Source of the DNA: Blasia pusilla
Lineage: Eukaryota
Length of the DNA stretch: 64,000 bases
Reading direction: 5' to 3'
Assembly: GCA_050084515.1 (NCBI GenBank)
Contig: CM114271.1
Coordinates: 6,820,001-6,884,000 of the forward strand
The notes under the pieces are model-generated. The model worked only from the letters and a program-made list of their open reading frames with translations. It made no database searches and had not been told where the DNA came from. Position numbers and translations under genes: made by a program. Below are positions 52,155 through 64,000 of the stretch, piece by piece; the first letter of the stretch is position 1; the number at the start of each line of letters is the position of its first letter.

Positions 52155-54699
52155 TGAGAGATAGATGGGTTTCGGTTCACTAATCTCCATGGATTCCAAT
52201 CGAGCACTACAACAACACCCGAGTGAAACAGTTTCATATGGATGTCATTGCATTGGTTTCACTGAAACCAATCCATGAAATGCCAAGGTGGAATCAAACC
52301 ATTCTCAAGGAGTTCTCAATGATGAGGAAGGTCTATATGCTTGAGTCTGCAATTGTCTACCCCAACGAAGGAAAAATTGTTTGAACAAAAAAATGCAACA
52401 GTTGCGTAAGCGTCTTACACTTGTGACATTTTTCTTTACACTATATCCTCATTTTGGAGGCCAATGATTCCATGGGTAGGTCGATACAATTGGTTGCCAT
52501 ATCTCTTCTACTCTCTAGACTCTAGAAGAAAAATCTCCCCATTCAGTTCATTGAATTTTGATGCCTTCAGTAGAGAATTCAACGGTTCATGTAGTAATTC
52601 TCATCATACACCTACATCAATAACCTTGTCAAACAAATATTGTAGATTTTGAAAGCACCCTCCACTCCATCAATGCATAGAATGTAGCATATGTGATATG
52701 AATGCTTAGATGTGTTCCCTACATTTCCTCCTTTGGGATTTTCTATGATTTCCTAAGGTTTAAGTGCAGATAAAAAATCTCATAGTATGAACAGATGTGG
52801 GCACAAATCTGCTCAGTGCCGCAAAAATTAATATCAAATTTGGAACACCATGTTCATTTGAAAATATATCCACCAACACCATATATTGTATTGTGATCGT
52901 TAGGGGTTAACAATATTTTTTAGGATAAATAAACAAAGAAAAATGCGTTAGTACTAAGTACTCACACCAAGCTTGATCTTAGCTCCGGGATTTCTTTCCA
53001 AGTCTTAGTACTCTCCTGACCATATACAATAATATTATTACATTTCAAATTCTACTCATATATTTCATGAAAAATATAAAGAAATTCTTGGATTTTCAAA
53101 AAAATAAAATTCTTGAAGCAATGGAAATTCTTGGTTTTAATAGGTTATCCATACACATAGTCCTAGATCTCCCTAAACTTTGGCTTAATATTCACTAATA
53201 CTACATTGGTCGTTCATGCATCGTATTGGCTAGATTTGCAAAAAAACACCATTTGACTTTTAGAGAAGCCCATTACGCAAATTTTCTTGTTTTATAGGGC
53301 TTCACTTCTTTTAGTGAGTGTGAACTTAAATTACGTGGAAGAGCCTTACAGTCTTAATATTATAGATGAGAGGCACAAGATGAGCTAATAAAAGATTGCC
53401 CTATACTCTTCAAAAGCAATGCCCACCTACTACTACATAGAAAGATACACCTTCAAATTTTCTAGAGTTCTTTGAGGCTTACTTATTGAAAAGTTATGGG
53501 AGAAATATCCTTTTCAAAATAATTATTTGAAAATTCCTAGATCTATGCCACGAAGGTCAAGGTTCCAATGAGTAATTCCTAACTTCTCTTCAGTTTTAGA
53601 CACCTTAGAAGTATCCATGATATAATGGATAGAAAAGATTACATGAAAAGTGAAATAGGGGATAATGGTATATGGGAATTCTAGTACATGGAATGGGATT
53701 ATGGGTATTTGAAAAAAAATCAGGGTATGTCCCCTTCCATATTGGGGAATAAAGTATGGCGACTCGTCTAAACTAGGTTACTAGTAAAAGAGGAAATGAA
53801 ATAGGAAGAGATGGGATCCATGATGAAACGACTCAAAAACTAGTAGGGAGAGGAAAGAGTTTGCTCTCGATCTTCTCCCTTGACATATCTTCATCCATTT
53901 AGGGGGATGGACGTAGATCCGTCCTCTATTCATTTATCCTTTATGATGGATGGACAAATAAAAGTCTTGGAGAAATAATCTCCGTAATAGAATTAAAAAT
54001 AATTCAAAACATATAAAAAAAAGGTGAATTTTTCAGAACTTCAAAGAGTGAAAACACCAACTTTGTTTTTGCTTATGTTACTCTATAATTTTTCATCATT
54101 CATTTTAAACCATTTAAAAACTTAGAGGAGGAGATACCAAAAATATTTCCTTCGTTAATTTTTTATTTCTTCATTTAAGAACCTCAATGTGGAGATGCAA
54201 GAAAAAAGCAAATAAAAAATTTTCAGTTGATACTGTAATTATTTTCTTCAAATTAAAAATCATGTAAAGATTTTTATTTTTGTCATGTAGTTGTCACATG
54301 AAAATTGATTATCCCAACAACATTTCCATCCATTTCAGATATATTATGGATATTGGGAAAGTAGTTAGAACATGTCCGAACTAAGTAGTTAGAACATATC
54401 CCTAGTGTCTATCCTAGGGACGGACTTGCCCATTTTTGTGCTACCATGATCTTGTACCTCTAACAAACAAGAGGTGAGAAACATGATTTTAACAAAAGAA
54501 AGAGATAGTGTAAAAAATTAGATAGAAGATAATTTTATTCATTTCTTACAAATATTGAAAGAATAAAGAGGAAGAAAACAAAAGGTGTCCAAAATAGAGA
54601 AGAAAAGTCAAGAGTTTTCTCAATGAAGAAAAATGGAGAAGAAATGTGGGAGAGGGTGGATAAAGAACAAGGGATTTTGGGAAAATTTTAAAGTCTTTT

Positions 54700-55095
54700 A
54701 AAACATGATAGTGTGCAACATGTGCTATGCACCACGCCAATCGTCATCATGCCCAATTTTTTTCATTTTGAATTCTTATTGTCCATGATATCAAAAGATT
54801 TTCTTATTGCCATGTGACAATCAAAAAGGTGTTTGCAAATCAAAAACCTATCCTCCCATACTCTACACTATTATGGGATAGTATCCTCTTGATTTTTTAA
54901 CAACTCTCCTTTTGACTCTTGGCATTTTCAATCAATTCAATCGTGACATTGTCTTTAAATCACTTGGGGTCAATTTTGGGGATCACTTAAGTTATTGGGT
55001 TAGTTGTAGGGTTCATTTCAATCAATTAGTGGTAATGATGGGTAATTTAAATTACCTATCATTAATCCGTGCATCGCATGAATATCCATTGATAA
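54700..55095. mobile_element. Two decayed head-to-head Helitron fragments
   Basis: A minus-strand 5' end (AAGGTGTTTGCAAATCAA...CTCCCATA, ~54825-54860) abuts a plus-strand start TCTACACTATTATGGGA (~54862), which ends near the hairpin CCGTGCATCGCATG (~55067). Confidence 0.5.
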
Positions 55096-57806
55096 TATAA
55101 TTGCTTATGGCTACTATTGGTAGAGAAACACCTCACCCCTTACTATCCTTACATTCCTTCGAAAAAAAAAGGGTTTGAATGGATTATTCTCATATCAAAT
55201 GACCTTGTCCAAAACCTTTCTTTGATAAAATAATAAGTATAATTACTCTTGTCATTATCAAGGTGCATTTATATTACTAATTGAAGAATGAGATTAGTCA
55301 AAAGGATGATTTTAAAAGGCTTAAAACTATTCTCTAAGAGAATTGAGTTGTGTTTTTTATTAACAAAATAGGACATATCATGTAACTTCATTTGGAAAGG
55401 AACTAGTAAAGTGATAAATATATTTTATAAACAAGAAGATTTCTTAGAAATGTATTTTCATTTAAATTTCAAATTTTATAAAAATGAAAGGGATAGAAAA
55501 ATTCAAAACTCTATTACTCATGCAACCTTACCAATCATAGTAATGAAAATAAGAAAAAAATTTATCATGATCTTAATGACACATTATTCTTTTTGTATCC
55601 AAGCAAACGACTTGGATTGAGACAACTTTTGTAACCCTCTACATAGAGTTATTTGTCTATGTTGATTTAATCATAGCTCATATGTCCCCATCCTTTCTCC
55701 CCTACTCTTATCTTAAGGGAGGAACAAAGAGAACTCGAGAAAGGTTTATCTCTTCCTCTTCCCCTAGTTATATCCCCTCTCGTAGGTAAATTTTACTTTC
55801 TGTCTCTCTTCCCATCTCCCAATGCTATAAGAAAAAAATTAAAAAAAATTTAAGCCTTTTGATAGGATAGGACTTATTGAAATTGATTGGTTGATTGTCA
55901 ATAAGCCACTCTTGTATGGCCGGAGTGCGGTCCCGGAAGAGAAAAATAGTCAAAAAGTTATGTCTTCCTTTCTCCCGCTCCTATTTGGAGGGGAGGAGAG
56001 ATTAAATCCTTCCCTCCAATCTCCTCAAAATAGTAAACTCTAACAGGTTTTTCCCACCAAGCCCATCTTTTAAAAAAGTTTCCACCAATTTTCTCTTCCC
56101 CTTCCCTATTGATACCCAAGCATCATGTCTCAAGTCGATCCTTACGATTAAAAACAATTCGCAATTAATTTAGAAACCTTCTGTAATTGAAAAATGGATT
56201 CCCTCTCTTCCTATCTAACTGAACATTAAAATTAGAGGGGGGTGAGTCTCTCAATGTACAGGTTAATACCTTCCGGAAAGTTTCTTGAACTGTCCTTTTC
56301 CGTGTAGATGCTATTGTGTTGCTCTACTTCTAAAATCTCAAATTTCTGCTGCTTAACTTTCCCAGCAGCCGTCTGCCAGGATCATAGGAAACAGACACCT
56401 GCAAAACAAACAGGAAACAGCAGGATTTATGGTGGCCACACAAACCACTATAAAGCACAGTTGAATCCAGAAAGGTAGGATCTGTCCCTCTAAAAAACCC
56501 ATGCGAAAAGTACCCACTGGTAACAGTGCGAATAATCCTTTGAGATGTTTGCGAATTGCCCACCTGAGCTCACATTGACTGAAATCTTCTCTAATCCTCA
56601 ACAAACCTCGACTGCTACAAGAAGTTAGAAACTGTTTGAAATACGTTACTCAACTTTCTTCTGAATTCAAGTATGCACATCCAACATGACAGTCTGGCAG
56701 AAGGTAAGTCCTCCAACGATTGGGTACACCAGGTAAAGTGGACAGAGGGACAGAGAGAACCATATTCACTGTAGACTAATTTGGACAAAACTCTCAATGT
56801 TGATATATAATTAACCATGTAAATTAATCATTAACCAATGGTAAGATGTGGGCGTCATGTGGCTAACATAATTTAGAGCTGAAGGACAGACATTGAAGTT
56901 GGACAGTGACAGGAGGAGCCCCTTCTCCCCCATCTTAACTTGTGCCATATGCGTTTAAAACAAGTTCGGTTCGGCAGAAAACCCAAAAATCCAGTCACTG
57001 ACAGCATTTGCCGAGAGTTCCAAGTTTGAAAGCATACGTCAATTCCACTGGAAAACCTCTCACAAACTTGAGAGATGAATGTGGTAATGTCTTCCGGAAA
57101 ATCCACATGCAGAACAAGCCTATTTTAATATTGTAGGCCGGCCTAAACTCCAATTCCACCACACCAATTGTAGGAGTAAAAATTTAAGCTAGTGACATAC
57201 TCCATCTGACTGCGGTGGCAACCTATTTCTTTGGGCTAAAGGAATTTCGAGCATCTTGAACTCCTGAGAACCTCAGCACTACGAGCAAGTAGTGGCAGTT
57301 CCTACCTTTAAGTACAACCCCAGTGTTCAGTTTGAGCCATAGCACTACCAAGAGAATTTCTTTTCCATGGACAACTTGTCTGTTATCATGACAGATGATC
57401 TTCTCCGTCTATTTCAAAAATAGGACTAAGACTTCTGCAATGAATGTAACAAGTCACAACTAGTGTTGTTATGGCCTATTCCTGTTGGCTGCCACACTCA
57501 CGTTACTTTCAATTTATCACCACGCTTGAACTGTCAGAACTTAGTGGTTACCATAGCTAAGTTTGCTTATTGATATTTGCTGCCCCCACATAATCCCTGC
57601 AATTAGGCAGTTACTAAGATATATAGGATTCTAATCTTAGTCTGAGGTAACACAAGGATGGCGCATTCTTCCCAAAGAGAACCTGCTTAGTTCGCAGTGG
57701 CGTCCAGAAAAGCATCCTTTAGAGTCGAACTCTGACATGGACTTTATCAATACTTCTGCACTCCGTGCCACAATCTCCATCAAAGAATTTGAATCACGTG
57801 TAGATT

Positions 57807-60800
57807 TCATTCACAATGTGGATGGGGTGCTTTCCAAGGATGGCGTTTTAAGTACCATTTTGCATGTATTTGTAAACCCAAGCCTACAACAATCTTCAGG
57901 AGAAACAAAGCCACGTATGTCCCAACAGCCAACAGCATCATGCGGGGCCATCTCCACCCCGAGGATCCTTCAGGAATGCAGGAGGAATACACAGGTAGCA
58001 GAATTCGCATCACCTATACAGCACACAACATCTTCACAACTTCAGGTTCAAGGACCTATCACGCTTCACACAAGATGAGGCTTCACTTCTTATTTTCCAA
58101 CATCTCCATGCTTAGTCATACTTGTAGATACAATCTCATTCACTCCACCACATTGTAGTCAGCTAAATCTTCTGATAGGATACACTCGACATAAAAGTTT
58201 GCATCTGTTGCCCATAAATTAAGCCTTACCCTAACAGAACCAAGTAACTGTTGTAGGGGCGTACATACCACACAAGCTGGAGCAAGTGGCACAAAGGCCA
58301 TTGTCTTATGTACTTCATGAGACTGGGTACTCAATGTCTGCGGAACCAAATACAACTTAAGAAAGGGCTTTCATCGAGGGACACTACAAACAACTCTCCT
58401 CGTCTAGATTAAAAAGAAAATTTACATCATGATTGTCGATTGACTACACTCGGAAAGTCCGGCTTTTCTAGTGTATGGATAAGAGACACAACCTGTGTAC
58501 AAAGAGCCTGCAGAAACTCAGAATATTGCGCTGGCTTCACTTCATTGAACTTTGAAAGAAAAGAGTGTTTAATCACATCCACGATCATTTCACAAATAAA
58601 TACCATGCCTGCATTCTGCAACAGAGGTCCTTAGTAGGCACAACTCGTCGTTGTTTACAAAAAGAGAAATAGTGTTATCGCCACCAGCTATGTAGAGAGA
58701 TAACCTTCTTGGCTTGCTTTAAGATTCAAAGGCAAGTTTGTTCAAGGCTGTTTTGAAGATCAAGGAAGTGGACAATGAGGATCACTACAAGGATACTGTA
58801 GTTAAAAACGTGTACATTCACAGTGCTATGAAAAGGGCAGCTCGAACAGCTCCCCTTCAAGATATAGAAGGTTGAGGCAGCCAGAGTCATACATAGAAAA
58901 ACTTGAGCCAGAGTGACTCTTCAGCATTTTCAACATTCTGTGCCCAAACAAACAAAACATGAGTCAAGATGTGAAACCGCTCCACCGTATCTGCATCGGC
59001 ACACGATCCCACATGTTTACCACCTCTGATCAATTCTTCCTTCAAAATCCATAACTGGACCAAACAACTGGACACTGCAAAACTATTAATGACTACCACC
59101 AGATCCACACGATAGTACTCACACATCCAACTGCGCTCTATACAACTCCTAAACCTATCACTAAAACCTCATGCACAGAAAAACTCACTTATACAGAACA
59201 TAATGAGATCAGCATTTTTTTTAAAAGAAAAAAAGATTGCGGGTGGCTTACTTCTGCAGATTCACTTACCCGCATATGCCATTTTGTGAAGCTGGTCTGT
59301 CCCCATGCGCTTGAATACATTGCTCTTTATTTCGGCAAAGTTATTGGATATCAATAGCGTCAATAGAGCATTGTTTTGGGCATTCACCGCTGCAGATAAT
59401 GTCACAGCTTGCGAGATGATAACGAGCGCATGCACAAGTATATATTGTCAAGGTCACATACTTTCCTTGTGAAACAATGGTGAAAATTCTGAAGCTCTCA
59501 ACAGGATAAACAAAAATGCTCGTCTCTGAATTCAAGATGCTGACTAAAACGAAAAGCTGAACATCCATCAATTCAGGATATAGAAAGACCTTAAAAAGGA
59601 TATGATAGATGAAAATAGCAATACACTGATCCAGAGCAAAGCGTGTCAATTCTAGTGACAGATCTTCGTCACGACAACATTCTACATTCACTGCCGAGTT
59701 CAAAAGAACCTGCAACACATCTGCTCCAAATGATTGACAAAGTTTGTCAAAGATCTGCAAATAACCATTCAATATGCACCATCAGAATCAGGGCTACAAT
59801 ATCTACAATCTCTTCAACCTTGGCTACCATTACAGAAACTTCTTGATTTACACGCTTCATCACTTTGTCAAGCAACAAGCATTCGACACACTGTGAAAAA
59901 AATGTTCCAAAAGCTCAGGACAACCTCGACTATAAATGCAAACCCAAGGGAGTTTGAGTTGCAATCTCGAAATGTGCAGATCTTGAGAGGATAAGTTACT
60001 AACCTCCAGAACATTGAATATAACATAAAGCTTTACAATCCCTTGGGATCGGATCCAGTGGTAGATAATACTGATATCTGTAAAACCACAACCAATCCCA
60101 TAGTGTGCATTCAGACTACAGCAACTTCATGACTTACTGCCACATCACAAACCAAACAGGACTCTTCAGCACAAACCCTGTCAAGTAATTGTGAAAGTTC
60201 CAACTGTGTCTCTTCCAAAATAACAGCCCCACATTCCTTGATTCCAGACACATAATTTTCAACCATCAACTAAAATTAAGTCAATTTCCTGATTTGCTGT
60301 CAATTATTCTGACTGCTCAAAAATATTCACCACAGGAAGATTCCATACAGTGTACTCACCAGCTTGCTTCAAAACTGCGACTCCGACAACAAGTACGATC
60401 AGACATCCAAAATCACAGAGTTCCGCTGCCACCAGTCTCTGACACTGCCTGCCCAAACGATTGTTAGACCAAGACTACACTGGCTTCTTTCTATTCTCAA
60501 TGTGGAGAATTCATAAACCACGACCTAGATCTATAACATTGTCAAATGATTATAATTTCAAAGACTTTGCAAAAATTGGAATTGAGATTTTCTTTGCAAG
60601 ATTCCAGCAAAAGGTGCAGAGAAAAGCTTGATGGAGTAGGAAACAAAACATGAAGCAAGCTAATCAATCCAACTAGAAGGACACTATATGAATATAGACA
60701 TCCTTTCAGTATGAATTAATACCTCCCAGCCTTTTCAATGAATCACTAGATTGTGCCCAGCAACAAAACAACATCAACACGAAGTACGAAGCACATGACC

Positions 60801-61881
60801 ATTGCCTACAGATCCGCATAAATGAATACATGGACTGATTCATCATCTCCTGTGACCCACTATGCATCCAGAAGTCGAAAATTACCTCCTTTTAATGAGT
60901 CCAACCATGCGATCCCAAATAGACATTACAATCCTCGCTGGCATCACAGTGAAGACGGAAAGAAAAGCATCCAAGCAAACGAAGAAACCGATGTCTATAA
61001 GCTGCACACAGTCAGACAATCATGATGCACAAGAGTCATACTTCCGCTTCTTAGGCAAACGGATCTGCAATAAACAAACAGGAGTACCAGTTCACGAATG
61101 AAGAATATTAGACTAGCCAAGAAAAGGAAGATGACTACGTTGGAGTGCTACAAATGATTTTACGTAGAACCCTGGCTACCCCAATCGAAACCTTGAGGAA
61201 AATAAGAACTAAATCATGTCTGCCCACAAACGATTCTTACCAGCTCACAGCGCCACGGCACATGAAACATTGTGTTATAAACCCGCTCCCTCTTTTGGTC
61301 AGTCCCCGCAGAAGACGTGCTCCTCAAGGTACTACCACCACAAAACTCCCCACGCAGATACTGCATCGGAGATAATTCCACATGTGGAGGATCTAGTATT
61401 CAATACCAAGACGAGGTATCCGGTCATATATTTAGACCAGAGATTGGCTATGTCTACATGCAGGATTAAATCTTGCATAATTCAACACATTTACCAGTAC
61501 TATCCAGTATGAGATTGGCTAAAATTGGTCTCATATGAAAATGCAAAAAACGAAAGCCTTACAATTGGAGTCGGCAGCCATTAGACGTTCCCAGTCCTTC
61601 ATCTGAGAAGTTGCAGAAGTGCCCAGCCCACTCTTAGCTGTGCTTGGGGCAGAATTATCATCCTCGGATACAGTAGGGTTCGAAGCCAACCGAGATCGCT
61701 TTTTCTTCGAGCTTTCGACTGCATTCTCGGAATTGCAATCATCATCGCGGCCTTCGTGATTTCTGTCGACAAGCCGCTGCCTCAATTCTGTCGGCCGAAA
61801 GACCGCACCAGAAGCGAGCGCAGGCTCTGACGAGCTCCCATCTGCTCCAGAAAAACCTGGAAGGCCTACTTGACTGCCCAT
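57807..61881 (-). CDS. POD1: TAPT1/Emp65/POD1-family ER multi-pass membrane protein (~521 aa); 11 exons: 61563-61881, 61241-61392, 60886-61001, 60360-60448, 60004-60077, 59604-59754, 59270-59437, 58893-58990, 58493-58615, 58269-58337, 57807-58013
   Basis: Manual splicing is phase-consistent and gives family motifs RERVYNTMFHVPWRCELLIDIGFFVCLD, DISIIYHWIRSQGIVKLYVIFNVLEIFDKLCQSFG, NNALLTLLISNNFAEIKSNVFKR, DTVERFH, EMIVDVIKHSFLSKFN and FVPLAPACV. The start codon is less certain. Confidence 0.93.
59438..59603 (-). other. U12-type (minor spliceosome) AT-AC intron in POD1/TAPT1
   Basis: 5' splice site ATATCCTTT, branch site ACCTTGAC (59447-59454), 3' end ...ATATAC. Splicing here keeps the frame (IFIY-L-VHALVI). 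Confidence 0.9.
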
Positions 61882-63319
61882 AGAAGTTCAGAATCCGTTG
61901 GCCGCCTACCGCATCTCTACCCCTTCCCAAAGCCCCCGCTCCCGCACTCGGCGGAGGAAAAGCACACCCAGAACACACAGAGTACTAGAGGCTGCAGCAC
62001 ACGGATCCCGATTATGCTCCTGCAGATCGGGATCGCTGTGCATCCTCGTGCCTTGGCCTCATCGCCGGCTCAACATTACACCCCCCAGTCCCTCGCTCAT
62101 CCAGCCGACGCAGGAAATCAGCAAAAGCCCTTTTCTTTCCCACGCACTACCCTCAGACCGCGCGCAAGAACGCCGCCCTCGAGACGATCGCACCAGCCTC
62201 CCCGCACTTCTAGCAGCATCTGCCTAGCCCCGATTACACCCTGCAGCTTCTGCACACAACCACCCGCTCCATCCTCACCGATCCCGCAACGTTCCCGGCT
62301 CCTTCACCCTGCTTCTGGATCTCTACACCTTCATCCCTCGTGCCCGCACACTCGTGGCCACTGCCTGCGAACGAAATAAAATAAACGAGAGAGCGAGAGA
62401 GAGAAGTGATTGGTGGATCTCTCGTGGAAAGCAGGATCGTTGGCTCGGCTCTCGACTTCAAAAACAAGACCTCCTCGTCAACAGCAAGTGAGTTGCTGCT
62501 GTCACTGAAATTCGCCCAAACTTCTGCTCTCCCGTTCCCTTCCCTCCCAAGAAAATTCTGTTCCATAGCCCGCACACAGGCCCCGCTGCCTCTCTGCACC
62601 ACTGCTGTAGCTTCCCCTCCCCTCCCCTCCCCCTAAGCCCCACCCACTGCACAGTGTCGATCGATCGCCCGCTCGCTCTGTGATGCAAATCGCCCTCCGT
62701 CTGTCTGTCGCGAGCGACAGTGACGATCTCGCGGCATGCAGGAGGATCTGCTGCGAGCCTGCGAGGACCTGCAGTGGCGAGCTCACTCACTCGCTTCGGT
62801 TTAGTCCGGCGGCTCGCCGTAAGCTCACAAGACAGATTCGACCGGATACCTTTCTGGATACATAGCCGTGCCAGACGCCGTAATCTGGACGGGGCGCTCT
62901 GCGCTTCCCCATATGGTGGCTTACGGGCAGCACTTCTCGGTGCGTGACGTGGACGTACAGGGCAGCTGCCATGAGTGCGTGCCTCGTGCGTGTCTCTCTA
63001 TGCCGTGAGTCCGTGTCGTTCTCGGGATCCCGTTGAGGAATACGTGGCACAGACGTTCAGGCACATGCACTTTACTGTGATCCCCAAAGCGAATTTGAGA
63101 CATATTGTTAAAGTAAAATATGCGTCCAATTATGACACGTGTCCCGTTTTCCACATATGAAATGCGGCCTCTAGCCTGTCCATGTATATTGCACTCTAGT
63201 GCTTTTTTTAGCACTTAGTTCAATATTTTTTACAAGTGTCAAAACGGGATGACTTAAGAAATCTTACGTGTCGACATGACAAGAGGGTTCCTTGAATCCC
63301 GTCCTCTTTTAATACTATA

Positions 63320-63539
63320 AATATTATTATGGGAGAGTGCCTTCTTGAGTTGTCAACACCTTTATGTTTGACACATGGTAAGTAGGCAGCGAGAAAATGT
63401 TTCTCCTTAAACGGGCAGCAAGAAAAAAGTTTGAATTTATGTGCATCGTCATTAATCTCTTCCCTTCACAGACTATACACTAACAAAAGCTCTTCAAACA
63501 TTTTCTTATTTCCCATGCATCGCACGGGCACCTTACTAG
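63320..63539 (+). mobile_element. Non-autonomous Helitron upstream of POD1
   Basis: ATATTATTATGGGAGAGTGCCTTCTTG start (TC end decayed), hairpin CCCATGCATCGCACGGG, end CACCTTACTAG|T. Confidence 0.8.
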
Positions 63540-64000
63540 TGTCTTCTTCTGCGCGTGATTTTCTTCTCCTCTCACATTGGTTCCATAGATAATAGGTGTC
63601 TAGTGGCTGGCAAAGGCTATTAGGGGCTCTTACAACGTAGATCTTCTTACTGTAAATCTCATCAGTTTCATTTTCCGTCTTGTGGGTAGTATATTTTTCA
63701 ACACGTTATAGAAGGGCATCTCATATAGTAAACGTAAAATTTTTTATGTCCTTTGAGAGTGTGTGACCATAAAGTACGGACAACCTCCATTTGCATCCAA
63801 AAAAGTTATACGTAATTGTTAGGGCATTAGTACCTTACGTACCCTTACATCATACCCATGTTGGGATCCTTGATAGAGTCCAACTTGCATGTATTGAGCC
63901 TAGATATATTCTCTGTTGGAGAGTAGGCTGTGATTGATTGGATATCACACATTTTTAGAGTTCATTGCAGAATATCTCTTATTGCAACTACGGTGTGTAT

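Noticed and set aside
51939-52199. ORF with YIYIYI repeat
   Set aside because: It is a translation of the (AT)n microsatellite.
58788-58796. Second U12 donor (GTATCCTTG on the minus strand) in POD1
   Set aside because: It lies inside a GT-AG intron whose flanking exons already join in frame.
61898-63214. Several overlapping GC-rich ORFs upstream of POD1
   Set aside because: No recognisable homology; consistent with GC-rich 5'UTR/promoter sequence.

Overview
This is plant nuclear DNA. The 5S rRNA sequence type suggests a bryophyte (liverwort or hornwort), which is an inference. Three spliced host genes lie on the minus strand: RPL29 (11005-11301), an orphan Pro-rich protein (~23209-26168) and a TAPT1/POD1-family ER membrane protein (57807-61881) with a U12 AT-AC intron. 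The rest is mostly decayed transposons: two CRE-like RLE non-LTR retrotransposons, Ty3/Gypsy remnants, several small non-autonomous Helitrons, SWIM-domain remnants and hairpins. Two structures stand out. (1) A Gypsy-type RT/integrase/PHD-finger retroelement family without canonical paired LTRs or a PBS. One copy has split direct repeats A-internal-B-A-B with a palindromic B/A junction (36270-39216); a second, TSD-bounded copy is A-internal-B (4613-8261). (2) A ~540-bp TSD-flanked retroposon made of a nearly full-length 5S rRNA head, the 3' end of a CRE-type element and a poly(T) tail (27374-27913). It is a candidate plant 5S-derived SINE sitting just upstream of the Pro-rich gene.
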